Of a DNA stretch of 64,000 nucleotides, positions 19,510 to 29,570 are shown piece after piece (the first letter of the stretch is position 1; every line of letters begins with the position of its first letter). A model generated the notes under the pieces. The model made no database searches. It had not been told where the DNA came from and saw only the letters and a list, made by a program, of their open reading frames with translations. Location of the stretch: NCBI GenBank assembly GCA_045561915.1, contig JBJKWV010000001.1, positions 1,167 to 65,166 of the forward strand. The letters are read 5' to 3'. The DNA is from Flavobacteriaceae bacterium (GTDB lineage Bacteria > Bacteroidota > Bacteroidia > Flavobacteriales > Flavobacteriaceae). Both the position numbers and the translations under genes were made by a program.

Positions 19510-20044
19510 TACTTAATTGAATTTTAATTTTTTTAACAGCATGATGATATGAAGACTTCAATGCCCCAACACTTGTCTCTAGAATTTCAGAAATAGACTC
19601 GTAATTCATTTTATCAAAATATCTCATGTTAAACACTATTCGCTGTTTTTCGGGTAATTTTGCTACTTGTTTTTGTAATAAAAGATCAGCTTCCTCTCCG
19701 TTGAAGTAAGAATCTGCTAATAGACCTTCTGCTAAGGATTCAATCCACTCTTGATTTTTGAGCCCCATTTTACTTGCTTTTGTTTTTATAAAGTTCAGGG
19801 ATTCGTTGGTAGCTATTCGATACATCCAAGTATATAGGCTACTATTTTCTTTAAAATTTTCAATATTTAAGTGAATTTTAACGAAAGTATTTTGAACTAC
19901 ATCATTTGCATCATCATGGTCGATTACAATTTTTCTTATATGCCAATATAACCTTTCTTTATATTCAGAAACCAGACTACTGAAAGCCTCGTCTCTTGAA
20001 TCAGGGTGCTTTAATGCTCTAACAAAAAGGGATTGTTGTTCCAA
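19499..20044 (-). CDS. ECF-type RNA polymerase sigma-70 factor
   Basis: 181 aa with region 2 (DANDVVQNTFVKIHLNIENF..LYTWMYRIATNESLNF) and region 4 (LPEKQRIVFNMRYFDKMNYESISEILETSVGALKSSYHHAVKKI). Confidence 0.85.
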   Translation of the reverse strand: MEQQSLFVRALKHPDSRDEAFSSLVSEYKERLYWHIRKIVIDHDDANDVVQNTFVKIHLNIENFKENSSLYTWMYRIATNESLNFIKTKASKMGLKNQEWIESLAEGLLADSYFNGEEADLLLQKQVAKLPEKQRIVFNMRYFDKMNYESISEILETSVGALKSSYHHAVKKIKIQLSNEI

Positions 20045-20088
20045 TTTTTTATTTCTTTATTCAATAGACAATTGTGAAGTTAGAAAGT

Positions 20089-21916
20089 TTAATCCATTCT
20101 TTGAATTTGAACCCACTTTTTATAGTGTTTACTAGTGCTTAGGAGTTGTTTGTGAGTTCCGATAGCTACGATTTTTCCATCATCTATTACAAGTATTCTA
20201 TCAGCTTTTTGAATAGTAGAGAGTCTATGAGCAATAACTAATGAAGTTCTATTAAACATTAATTTATCTAATGCATATTGAACTTGCTGTTCGGATTCAG
20301 TGTCAAGAGATGATGTTGCCTCATCTAGAATTAAAAGTTGAGGGTCTTTTAATAATGCACGTGCAATTGTAATACGTTGTTTTTGACCTCCTGAAAGTTT
20401 GTTTCCTAAATCACCTATATTTGTTTCATACCCTTCTGGAAGTTCCTCAATGAATTTATGAGCATATGCAGCTTTACAAGCATTAATAATATCCTCTTTA
20501 CTAGCTTTTGGATTTCCTATCAATAGGTTATTGAAGACAGTATCATTAAATAAAATTGATTCTTGAGTAACTAATCCTATCTGCTTATATAAACTCTTTT
20601 TGTCAATTTTATTTATTGGAATACCATCAATTTCTAGGATACCCCTATCTATATCATAAAATCTATTAAGTAGATGAGTTATTGTTGTTTTACCACTTCC
20701 AGAGGGACCAATTAAGGCAATCATTTCCCCTTTTTTAATTTTTAATGAAAAATTATTTATCACATTTTTATTTTCATAACTAAAAAAAAACTTTGTCAAA
20801 AACAATACCCTTCTTAAAATTATTAAGAGTAACACAGTCTTTAGTATTTTCAAAATGATTTTCTATATTCAGGATTTCTAAGATTCGATCAGCGGCTGCA
20901 TTACCTTTTTGAATACTATAATTCGCTTTGCTTATTCCTTTAGCAGGTGTTAAAATGTTGTAAGCTAAACCCATATATACTATAAAAGTAGTTCCAGCAA
21001 TAGTTTCGTCTAATAGAACCATCCGACCACCAAACCAAAGTAAAATTCCAATTGTAGATATACCAAGAAACTCACTTACAGGACCAGCCAAACTCGCACG
21101 GTGTAATAGTTGATTGGAGAAATTATAAAAAATTTGGGTTGCTTTAAAAAATTTATTTTTGAAATATTCACTTGCCCCAAAAGTTTTTATAATTTTTTGT
21201 CCGTTTATTGTTTCATCTATTATTGATAGGAAATCTCCCTGCTGTTGTTGAATTTGAGAAGACTTTTTTCTGAGTTTTTTTCCAAGATTAGAAATAATTA
21301 CTCCACAAAGAGGAATGAATATTAAAACAAATAAAGTAAGCTTTAAACTAAAAAAAAGCATTGCACAAACAGAAAAGATTATTGTCAAAGGTTCTCTAAC
21401 GACCAATTCTAGAATCGATAAATATGAACTTTGAATTTCAGAAACATCACTTGTGATTTTCGCCATTAGATCTCCTTTTCTTTTTTCATTAAAATAGTGG
21501 ATGGGTAGTGTTGTAATTTTTTTAAATAATGAGTTACGTAAATCTTTTAATATACCATTTCGCAAAAATGTTATAAAGTATAATGCTAAGTAGTTACAAG
21601 TGTTTTTTAAAAAAAATAAACATAATATAAGACTAATTACAAATACAAGAGTTCCCTCAGTATTTTCCGCTAATCTTTCTGAGACATAATAGTTAATATT
21701 ATCTTTTACATAAGATTGGAGTGTTAGAATGCCTTCATATTTTGCTGGAGTTAGTTGTTTTTTAGTTGTCTTAAAAAGAACATTTAACATTGGGATTAAA
21801 GAAACAAAAGATAAAGCGCTAAAAAGCGCATATAAAGCATTAAAGAAAATATTTAAAAAAGCATATCGTTTATATTGCACACCAAATTGTAATATTTTTT
21901 TAAATGCACTGAACAT
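20089..21916 (-). pseudogene. MsbA/ABCB-type ABC exporter (TMD-NBD fusion) interrupted by a 1-nt frameshift in a T9 run
   Basis: ORF 20780..21916 is the six-helix ABC transmembrane domain. ORF 20089..20853 is the NBD (GPSGSGKTT, LSGGQKQR, LLILDEATSSLD, AHRLST). The frames switch inside the coding-strand run GTTTTTTTTTAG (20782..20790): ..DKVFF* in one frame versus FFSYENKNV.. in the next. Confidence 0.8.
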
Positions 21917-23607
21917 TAGTCTATAAGATCCTTAATGAAAAGATTAATTTTTTGGTTTAATCCCCTTTGGTTCTCTTTTAATGATTTTTTAGGATCGTAA
22001 TTAGTGTTTACACTAAAATAAAATTTAATTTTCGGCTCTGTTCCACTCGGTCTTAAAGCAATTCTACTTCCATCTTCAAGTATAAAGATTAGTACATCAG
22101 ACTTTGGGAGATAAATTTCATCCTTTTGCTTTGTTTTTAAGTTTTGTCTAGTACTATTTTTATAATCCTCAATAGTTTGAATATTTATGCCTCCAATTTT
22201 AAAAGTTGGATTTTCTCTAAAGTTTTTCATTAGTTTTAAAATATTCTCTGCACCCGCTTTCCCCTTCTTAGTAATCGATACTTGTCTTTCTTGATAGAGT
22301 CCATATTTTTCAAAGCATTTTAATAAAAAATCATAGATACTAATTCCCTGCAATTTGAGCTCAGATGCAAGCTCACATACTAATAAGCTAGCAGATACTG
22401 CATCTTTATCGCGAACTCCACTTCCTACAAGATATCCATAGCTTTCTTCTCCTCCAGCGATAAAGTCCAACTCTGGATGAATTTCAATAAGCCTAGCAAT
22501 CCATTTAAACCCTGTTAAACAGCTTTTATACTGAATCTTATATGCTTTTGCGATCATCTCTATCATTGGTGTTGACACAATAGTACTTGCAATAAATTGT
22601 TTTGCATTCAATTGTTTTTTAGATAGTATGTACTCTGTTAAAACAACCATAATTTGATTTCCATTTAAGTAATATGGTTTATTATTCAAATCTCGGATGA
22701 CAACTCCTAATCTATCTGAATCAGGATCTGTTCCTATAACGATATCTGCTTTTTTTTGATCTGCAAGTTTTACGGCTAAATTTAATGCTTCTCTTTCTTC
22801 CGGATTTGGAGATGCTACTGTTGGGAAGTCTCCGTCTGGCTTTTGTTGTTCTTTGACTATAAATACTTTTTTATATCCTGCTTTTTTTAAAACTTGAGGA
22901 ATAGCTGTTATTGAAGTGCCATGAATAGATGTAAAAACAATTTTAAGTTGACCTTTATCTTGATCATGCATTATTGCATCTTTAAGAACTGTCTGATGAT
23001 AAGCATTGTCTAATTCTTTATCGATAAATTCTAATTTACCTGGATTTCCTTCAAACTTAATTTCATCGTAATTAGTTTTTTTAATCTCATTTATTAGATT
23101 TTTGTCATCAGGAGGAACAAGCTGTCCTCCATCTCTCCCATAAACTTTGTAGCCATTATATTCAGGCGGATTATGAGAAGCTGTTAAGACTATACCACAG
23201 TGACATTTTAAGTGTCGCACAGCAAAAGATAGCTCTGGGGTAGGTCGTAAGTCATTAAAGAGAAAACAATATATGTTGTTTGCTGTAAAAATATCTGCTA
23301 CAATTTTTGCAAAAACTTTGCTATTGTTTCTACAATCAAAGGCAACAACTACTTTAATTTTTTCTGCCGGAAATTTTTTTTTCAAAAACTTTGATAAACC
23401 TTGAGTACTTTTACCTAATGTATATTTATTAATTCTATTGGTTCCAACCCCCATAATGCCGCGCAAACCTCCAGTTCCAAATTCCAAAGATTTATAAAAA
23501 GCGTCCTCAAGTTTTTCACGATTTTTCACTAATGCCTTTACCGAATCTTGCGTCTCTTGGTCAAAAGGAGCAGAAAGCCATTCGTCAATAATTTTTTTTG
23601 ACACCAT
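21916..23607 (-). CDS. Phospho-sugar mutase (phosphoglucomutase/phosphomannomutase family)
   Basis: 563 aa with active-site loop TASHNPPEYNGYKV, metal loop GTDPDSDR and sugar loop GGEESYG. Confidence 0.88.
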   Translation of the reverse strand: MVSKKIIDEWLSAPFDQETQDSVKALVKNREKLEDAFYKSLEFGTGGLRGIMGVGTNRINKYTLGKSTQGLSKFLKKKFPAEKIKVVVAFDCRNNSKVFAKIVADIFTANNIYCFLFNDLRPTPELSFAVRHLKCHCGIVLTASHNPPEYNGYKVYGRDGGQLVPPDDKNLINEIKKTNYDEIKFEGNPGKLEFIDKELDNAYHQTVLKDAIMHDQDKGQLKIVFTSIHGTSITAIPQVLKKAGYKKVFIVKEQQKPDGDFPTVASPNPEEREALNLAVKLADQKKADIVIGTDPDSDRLGVVIRDLNNKPYYLNGNQIMVVLTEYILSKKQLNAKQFIASTIVSTPMIEMIAKAYKIQYKSCLTGFKWIARLIEIHPELDFIAGGEESYGYLVGSGVRDKDAVSASLLVCELASELKLQGISIYDFLLKCFEKYGLYQERQVSITKKGKAGAENILKLMKNFRENPTFKIGGINIQTIEDYKNSTRQNLKTKQKDEIYLPKSDVLIFILEDGSRIALRPSGTEPKIKFYFSVNTNYDPKKSLKENQRGLNQKINLFIKDLID

Positions 23608-24566
23608 CAGTTGGTAGTTTCTTGTTTAATTATATATCGTTTTGAATTATCTTTTCTTCTTAAGATTATTTCTCCCAAAAATCCTGCAATAAAGAATTGA
23701 CTTCCTAATAACATGAGTGTTAATGCAATATAAAATTCTGGGCGATTTGTTATCAGCCTTGCTTGAATGTCAAAAAATAACTTATCGATTCCTAAATAAA
23801 GTGTAAAGCTAAAACCCGTAAACAACATCAAACTTCCCCAAAGACCAAAAAAATACATAGGTCTTTTTCCAAACTTATTAATAAACCACAAAGTGATTAA
23901 ATCTAGAAAACCTTTAAAAAAACGATCAGCACCAAATTTTGTGTGGCCAAATTTGCGAGCCTGGTGTTGTACAACTTGTTCTCCTATTTTATCAAAACCC
24001 TTTTGTGCTGCAAGTAAGGGGATATAGCGGTGCATTTCGCCATGCACATCAATATTTTTAATTACTTCATGACGATATATTTTAATTCCACAATTGAAAT
24101 CGTTTAACTTAATTCCAGAAACCCTTCTTGCAGCCCAATTAAAAAGCTTTGATGGTAAATTTTTAAAAAAGAAAGAGTCAAAACGTTTTTTCTTCCAGCC
24201 TGAGATCAGATCATATCCACCTTGATTAAGATTTTTTATCAATTTTGGAATTTCATCTGGAGAGTCCTGTAGGTCAGCATCTAAAGTAACAACATATTTT
24301 CCTTGAGCAGATTTAAAACCGGCATGTAAAGCTTGAGATTTACCAAAGTTTTTAGCAAAACGTATACCTCTTACATTTTGATTTTTCTTACTTAAACCTT
24401 CTATTGCATTCCATGAGTTGTCTGTGCTTCCATCATCTATATAAATAATCTCAAAGCTGAAGGATTCAGTTTTGAGGACTTTAAAAATCCAACTGTTTAG
24501 GGATAATATTGATTCTTCTTCGTTTAAAAGAGGGATTACAATGGAAATGTCTACAGGTTGTTGCAT
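23607..24566 (-). CDS. Family-2 glycosyltransferase, polyprenyl-phosphate glycosyltransferase-like with C-terminal TM helices
   Basis: 319 aa with a GT-A fold N-terminus (SIVIPLLNEE, IYIDDGSTD, TLDADLQD) and two C-terminal TM segments, as in DPM1/ArnC-like enzymes. Confidence 0.8.
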   Translation of the reverse strand: MQQPVDISIVIPLLNEEESILSLNSWIFKVLKTESFSFEIIYIDDGSTDNSWNAIEGLSKKNQNVRGIRFAKNFGKSQALHAGFKSAQGKYVVTLDADLQDSPDEIPKLIKNLNQGGYDLISGWKKKRFDSFFFKNLPSKLFNWAARRVSGIKLNDFNCGIKIYRHEVIKNIDVHGEMHRYIPLLAAQKGFDKIGEQVVQHQARKFGHTKFGADRFFKGFLDLITLWFINKFGKRPMYFFGLWGSLMLFTGFSFTLYLGIDKLFFDIQARLITNRPEFYIALTLMLLGSQFFIAGFLGEIILRRKDNSKRYIIKQETTN

Positions 24567-24590
24567 ACCTGCAAAATTAATGAATTTGGT

Positions 24591-25115
24591 TTATTCGGGT
24601 CTTGATTTCTTTACTATAAGTCCACCTATAAGAGATATTATAAAACCAAAAAACAACGAAAAAATAATTTGAATTGCCGAAAAAACTAATGGGCTTGACA
24701 TTTTTTCTTGTATTGTACGTGCTGTATCTAATGCATCCTGGGGAATATCAGGATTTTGAGCACGCATGTTATCCATTGCTAAATCTAATGATTTTTGCAT
24801 TGTATCAGGGTCTAAGAAATTTACTAGTAATTGAGTATACACTATACTCATAATTGCTGAAACAAGCGAAACTCCTAAGCCAATTTTTAATGCATCTGAT
24901 AAAGAAAGGTATCCATCATTAGCCTTTTTGAAAACTACAAATGAATATATTATTGTACCCGACGAAATTAAAAGAGCAACTATGCCAGCTATGGAATCAT
25001 TTTTGTAATGCATGTCTAAGAAAAATAACATTAGTTGAAATGCAATAGAAATTGATCCTAAAATGATACCGTAGGAAATTATAATTGATTTTATAGAAGA
25101 GTTTTGATTGTCCAT
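24591..25115 (-). CDS. DUF4199-like multi-pass membrane protein
   Basis: 174 aa with four predicted TM helices. The size and layout match the Bacteroidota DUF4199 family. This assignment is from memory of the family, not from a search. Confidence 0.55.
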   Translation of the reverse strand: MDNQNSSIKSIIISYGIILGSISIAFQLMLFFLDMHYKNDSIAGIVALLISSGTIIYSFVVFKKANDGYLSLSDALKIGLGVSLVSAIMSIVYTQLLVNFLDPDTMQKSLDLAMDNMRAQNPDIPQDALDTARTIQEKMSSPLVFSAIQIIFSLFFGFIISLIGGLIVKKSRPE

Positions 25116-25186
25116 TATATAGTTTTAATTTCAGTTTCCAAAGTAAAAAAAATATATTAGGTAACGAGTATTTTAAAAAATAAAAT

Positions 25187-25194
25187 TAAATTTG
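25187..25194 (+). promoter_or_regulatory. Candidate Bacteroidota -7 promoter box (TAAATTTG) for rpmE
   Basis: Matches TAnnTTTG and lies 18 nt before the ATG at 25212. I found no clear -33 TTTG. Confidence 0.35.
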
Positions 25195-25211
25195 CGTCGA
25201 AGTTATTAAAA

Positions 25212-25466
25212 ATGAAAACAGATATACATCCGACAGATTACAGACTAGTTGCATTTAAAGATATGTCTAACGATGACGTTTTTATCACAAAATCAACTGT
25301 AAATGCAAAAGAGACTATCGAAGTTGATGGTATAGAATACCCTCTGGTAAAACTTGAGATATCAAGAACATCTCATCCTTATTATACCGGTAAGTCAAAG
25401 CTTGTAGATACCGCAGGTAGAATAGATAAGTTTAAAAATAAATATTCTAAGTTTAAAAATGAATAG
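25212..25466 (+). CDS. rpmE: 50S ribosomal protein L31, type B (no CxxC zinc motif)
   Basis: 84 aa, MKTDIHP..SHPYYTGK..GRIDKFKNKY. The CxxC pairs of type-A L31 are absent. Confidence 0.9.
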   Translation: MKTDIHPTDYRLVAFKDMSNDDVFITKSTVNAKETIEVDGIEYPLVKLEISRTSHPYYTGKSKLVDTAGRIDKFKNKYSKFKNE

Positions 25467-25499
25467 GTTTAAGCCTCAATTCCATTTAAAAATTTATTT

Positions 25500-27107
25500 T
25501 TATTTTTTCCAAATATTTTTAATTACCAATTGATTTATTGGGTTTATTTCCATTCCATATACATCTTTTTGGACAAAACGTATTACCTGGTCATAGTAGA
25601 GAGGAATAATTGGATTTTCTGACATTATAAGAGCATTCATTTCTTCATATTTTTTAATGCGAAGGCTATCAGAAACTAAATTTAATGATTCCTGATATAA
25701 TATATCAAATTTCGGGTTTGAAAAATGAGTGTAATTAGGACCCTTTGGAGAAAAATTCGAACTATTAAATAGTGAAAGATAGTTTTCGGCATCAGGATAA
25801 TCAGCAATCCAGCTAGCACGAAATAGTTCTAGTTTCCCTGAAGATTTTGCTTGTCTCAGAGAAGCTGTAGGTAATACTTCAACCTTTATTTCTATACCTA
25901 TTTTTTGAAGTTCACGCTGTAAATATTCACATATATCTAGATAATTAGAGTCAGTAGTTAATTTTAATTTAGGTGTTATTTTTGTTTCTTCAATGAAATC
26001 ATTCACAAGTTTACGGGCATAGTTAGGATCGTAATTAATATCTATTTTACTTGTTCCTGGAAGTCCTTTTGGTATAAATCCTTTTTTTGAAGGGTATCCA
26101 ATATTATTTCTTAAATAGGAAATCATTAATTTTCTGTCAAAACCTATATTTAATGCTTCACGAATATTTTTAGATTGAATTGCAGGATTATCATTTTCAA
26201 GATAAATCCCGATATATTCGGTATTGAGATATGGACCTCTAAGCATATTGACCCGATCTTTATACTTATTTTTAAGACTACCATTTGGAGTCAATAGTTC
26301 ATCTTTATATGAAGCATCTAAGGAGTTTATAAAGTCAAGTTTACCTTGCAAAAACAACATAAATTCACTTTGAATATCTGGAATAAATTGTATGGCAACA
26401 GCCTCTAGGTATGGTAATCTTTGACCCTGAAGATCTTTTTCAAAATAGTTATTATTTTTACGTAATACTAGCTTTACATTTTCATCCCATCGCTTGAAAT
26501 AAAATGGCCCAGTACCAATAGGATTGGACCGAAAATTTTCACCAAAATGAGATGCAACCTCCTTGGGTACAACAGAACAGTATCGCATTGTAAGAATACC
26601 CAAGAAAGCAGGGAAAGGGTTTTTTAGTCTTATAGTAAAAATATGTTTTTCTGTAGCTTCATATTCATCAACCTGCTGCAACACCCAACCCCCGGGAGAT
26701 GCTATCTTAGGGTCTTTTAGACGATCAAAACTATAAACAAAGTCATCTGCAACTACTTTTCTAGTTTCATTTGGTCCAAAAAGAGGAGAGGTATGAAAGT
26801 AGACATCTTTTCTAAGGTTAAATACATAAGTTAGTCCGTCAGAACTTATTGTCCATGAATCAGCAATTTCTGGGACAATTTTTAATTTTTTGTCTAATTG
26901 GACTAATCCATTAAAAAGCTGATTTATAGGCCATATATTTTGTGGATTTCTTGAAAAAGCTGGATCTAAAGAAGTAACATTTCTATATTCGTTATATCTA
27001 AAAACTTTACTACTGTCAATTGGTTTTTGAGTATTACAGCTATTTAAAACAAAAACAGCAATTAATACAGATATATAACAATAAAGAACGGATAGGTGTT
27101 TAGCCAT
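25500..27107 (-). CDS. ABC-transporter substrate-binding protein, family 5 (peptide/nickel type), lipoprotein
   Basis: 535 aa with signal plus Cys (FVLNSC). The length and blocks are SBP_bac_5-like (..TYVFNLRKDVYFH.., ..NPIGTGPFYFKRW..). No permease or ATPase genes are adjacent. Confidence 0.75.
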   Translation of the reverse strand: MAKHLSVLYCYISVLIAVFVLNSCNTQKPIDSSKVFRYNEYRNVTSLDPAFSRNPQNIWPINQLFNGLVQLDKKLKIVPEIADSWTISSDGLTYVFNLRKDVYFHTSPLFGPNETRKVVADDFVYSFDRLKDPKIASPGGWVLQQVDEYEATEKHIFTIRLKNPFPAFLGILTMRYCSVVPKEVASHFGENFRSNPIGTGPFYFKRWDENVKLVLRKNNNYFEKDLQGQRLPYLEAVAIQFIPDIQSEFMLFLQGKLDFINSLDASYKDELLTPNGSLKNKYKDRVNMLRGPYLNTEYIGIYLENDNPAIQSKNIREALNIGFDRKLMISYLRNNIGYPSKKGFIPKGLPGTSKIDINYDPNYARKLVNDFIEETKITPKLKLTTDSNYLDICEYLQRELQKIGIEIKVEVLPTASLRQAKSSGKLELFRASWIADYPDAENYLSLFNSSNFSPKGPNYTHFSNPKFDILYQESLNLVSDSLRIKKYEEMNALIMSENPIIPLYYDQVIRFVQKDVYGMEINPINQLVIKNIWKK

Positions 27108-27121
27108 GAATATTTAGTTAA

Positions 27122-27129
27122 TATATTTG
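27122..27129 (+). promoter_or_regulatory. Candidate -7 promoter box (TATATTTG) for mtaB
   Basis: Matches TAnnTTTG, 47 nt upstream of the ATG at 27176. Confidence 0.3.
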
Positions 27130-27175
27130 TAAACTAATTTACATTTTTAAAATATTTTTATTAATATTCTCCACT

Positions 27176-28507
27176 ATGAAAATTAAGAAAATAGCACTTC
27201 CACGTGTTGCTTTTCATACTTTAGGGTGTAAACTAAATTTTTCTGAAACAGCCACTATCGCAAGGAGTTTTGATGCATCATATTTCAATAAAGTACCCTT
27301 TGAAAGTTCCGCAGAGATATATGTAATTAATACTTGTTCAGTTACTGATAATGCAGATCGGCGATTGAAAGGTTTGGTAAAAAAAGTTTTAAAGCAAAAC
27401 CCTAAAGGATTTGTAGCAGCTATTGGATGTTATGCCCAGTTACAGCCAGATAAAATTGCTGAAATTGATGGGGTCGATTTAGTTTTGGGAGCTTCAGAAA
27501 AATTTAAATTAATTGAATACATACATGACCTTACAAAAAAAGATAGGGGAGAAATTCATTCATGTGACATTGGAGATGTTAATTTTTATGAAAGCAGCTA
27601 CTCATTAGGCGATCGTACAAGAGCTTTTTTAAAAGTTCAGGATGGATGTGATTATAAATGTTCATACTGCACGATACCTAAAGCAAGAGGTATATCTAGA
27701 AGTGATACTATGGAAGATGTAATTAAAAATGCTCAAAAAATTGCATCATCAGGATTAAAAGAAATTGTGTTGACAGGTGTTAACATTGGAGACTATGGAA
27801 AAGGAGAGTTTGGCAACAAAAAACATGAGCACACATTTCTTGATCTGATAAAAGCTTTGGATTCACTTAAACTTAATGGTAGAATTAGAATATCATCCAT
27901 TGAACCGAATCTTCTTACTGAAAATATTATTAATTTTATTGCAAGAAGTAAATCTTTCGTACCTCATTTTCACATTCCTTTGCAAAGTGGAAATGATAAA
28001 ATTCTTAAAAGCATGAAGCGAAGATATATGTCAAAACTTTATGCTGATAAAATTACTCAAATAAAGAATTTAATTCCACATGCTTGTATTGGTTCTGATG
28101 TAATTGTTGGTTATCCTGGTGAAACTCATGAAGATTTTCTAGAAACCTACCAATTTATTAAAAATCAAGAGATTTCCTACTTACATGTATTTAGCTATTC
28201 TGAAAGACCTAACACAGAGGCTTCTATAATGAATGGTGCAGTAGATAAAAAAACTCGGCATAAAAGGAGTAAAATGTTACGAGCTTTATCAATTAAAAAA
28301 AGACGCGCTTTTTATGAATCTCAATTAGGGAAAAGATTTAAAGTACTATTTGAAGGTGAAAATAAAGGAGGTTATATAGAAGGTTTTACAGAAAATTATA
28401 TTAAAGTCAGAACCCCATGGAATCCATCACTAGTAAATAATTTTTATGAGGTAGAGCTAAAAAAAATAGATGAAGTAGGGTACGGTAGATTTAGTAATCT
28501 GATTTAA
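27176..28507 (+). CDS. mtaB: tRNA t6A37 methylthiotransferase MtaB (radical SAM, MiaB-like)
   Basis: 443 aa with N-terminal UPF0004 Cys triad region (TLGCKLN..NTCSV..IGCYAQ), radical-SAM CDYKCSYCTIP, and a C-terminal TRAM-like domain. Confidence 0.85.
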   Translation: MKIKKIALPRVAFHTLGCKLNFSETATIARSFDASYFNKVPFESSAEIYVINTCSVTDNADRRLKGLVKKVLKQNPKGFVAAIGCYAQLQPDKIAEIDGVDLVLGASEKFKLIEYIHDLTKKDRGEIHSCDIGDVNFYESSYSLGDRTRAFLKVQDGCDYKCSYCTIPKARGISRSDTMEDVIKNAQKIASSGLKEIVLTGVNIGDYGKGEFGNKKHEHTFLDLIKALDSLKLNGRIRISSIEPNLLTENIINFIARSKSFVPHFHIPLQSGNDKILKSMKRRYMSKLYADKITQIKNLIPHACIGSDVIVGYPGETHEDFLETYQFIKNQEISYLHVFSYSERPNTEASIMNGAVDKKTRHKRSKMLRALSIKKRRAFYESQLGKRFKVLFEGENKGGYIEGFTENYIKVRTPWNPSLVNNFYEVELKKIDEVGYGRFSNLI

Positions 28508-28797
28508 AGTTTTATTCCAACTGGTAATAATTGTTTATATCTACGATTTCCACGAACAAACCTTGCTATTTTTGGAGAAGTGGGAACTACGCGAAGATTT
28601 TTTTCAGATATGAATTCAAGGACTTTCACTATGAATGCATCTTCAAAAGTTTTATCTTTAATTTCCTTTGGAATATGTAATTTAGTAAGGAATATTTTTC
28701 TTTCTTGTTCTGAGTATTCTATTCTAGCTAAACTATCATCTAACTTAATTTCAAATTGGCGTAAAAATTCATTGTTAATTAAAGTTAAGTCTGTCAT
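28504..28797 (-). CDS. Small GNAT-like (YjdJ-type) acetyltransferase-fold protein
   Basis: 97 aa. The size and the ..VVPTSPKIARFV.. C-terminal block resemble the single-domain GCN5-related family. Confidence 0.55.
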   Translation of the reverse strand: MTDLTLINNEFLRQFEIKLDDSLARIEYSEQERKIFLTKLHIPKEIKDKTFEDAFIVKVLEFISEKNLRVVPTSPKIARFVRGNRRYKQLLPVGIKL

Positions 28798-28908
28798 GAT
28801 GATAAAAATTGAATGCTAAGTTTGAAATTGTTTGTAGTTTTATTTCTAAAATTGTGGCTCACAAAATTACAAAATTTAAATAAGTAACTCAATTATTATC
28901 TGTTAAAA

Positions 28909-29568
28909 ATGAGTTCTATTCACATATATTGTATGCCAGGAATGGCAGCAAGTCCAAAAATCTTCGAATTCTTGGACTTACCAAACCCTTTTGAAATCCA
29001 TCTTTTGAGTTGGATTCCTCCCAACAAAAACGAGTCATTAGTTTCATATGCTAAAAGAATGTGTGAATATATTTCACATAAAAATCCTGTCCTTTTAGGA
29101 GTTTCTTTTGGGGGTGTGTTAGTTCAAGAAATGGCTAAGCACATTTCGGTTAGAAATATCGTGATAGTCTCTAGTGTAAAAAATAAAAAAGAACTTCCAT
29201 TTTCAATGAAAATGTCAAAAAAAACAAATATTCACAAACTTTTACCTGTTCAGTGGATCAAGAACATCGATAATTTGGTATTATTTGTTTTTGGTCAGGG
29301 AATTAAAAGAAGATTAGAATTATACCAACGATACCTTTCGGTTCGAGATCCGCAGTATCTTCATTGGGCAATCAATTCAATGGTCCATTGGAATCAATTT
29401 AATACGCCTGAAAATATTTTTCATATCCACGGTGCATCAGACAATGTTTTTCCTGTAAAAAATTTATCAAAACCCTTAATAAAAATTAAAGGAGGTCATG
29501 CTGTAATTTTAACTCAAGCAGATTGGCTCAATAATGAATTACCCAAGCTTCTAAGAAAAAATAATTAA
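28909..29568 (+). CDS. Alpha/beta-fold hydrolase
   Basis: 219 aa with nucleophile elbow GVSFGG and a C-terminal ..GGHAV.. His block. Confidence 0.65.
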   Translation: MSSIHIYCMPGMAASPKIFEFLDLPNPFEIHLLSWIPPNKNESLVSYAKRMCEYISHKNPVLLGVSFGGVLVQEMAKHISVRNIVIVSSVKNKKELPFSMKMSKKTNIHKLLPVQWIKNIDNLVLFVFGQGIKRRLELYQRYLSVRDPQYLHWAINSMVHWNQFNTPENIFHIHGASDNVFPVKNLSKPLIKIKGGHAVILTQADWLNNELPKLLRKNN

Positions 29569-29570
29569 AT

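Noticed and set aside
20791-20853. ATG at 20853 as an independent start for a stand-alone ABC ATPase
   Set aside because: The first 21 codons (MKILKTVLLLIILRRVLFLTK) are just the out-of-frame reading of the TMD gene's 3' end. The true ATPase domain sequence begins at the T9 tract, so this is one frameshifted gene, not two.
25212-25466. L31 type B as a zinc-starvation (Zur-regulated) paralogue
   Set aside because: No Zur-box-like palindrome is visible in the 96-nt upstream region. In Bacteroidota the Cys-less form is commonly the only L31, so this is probably the housekeeping copy.
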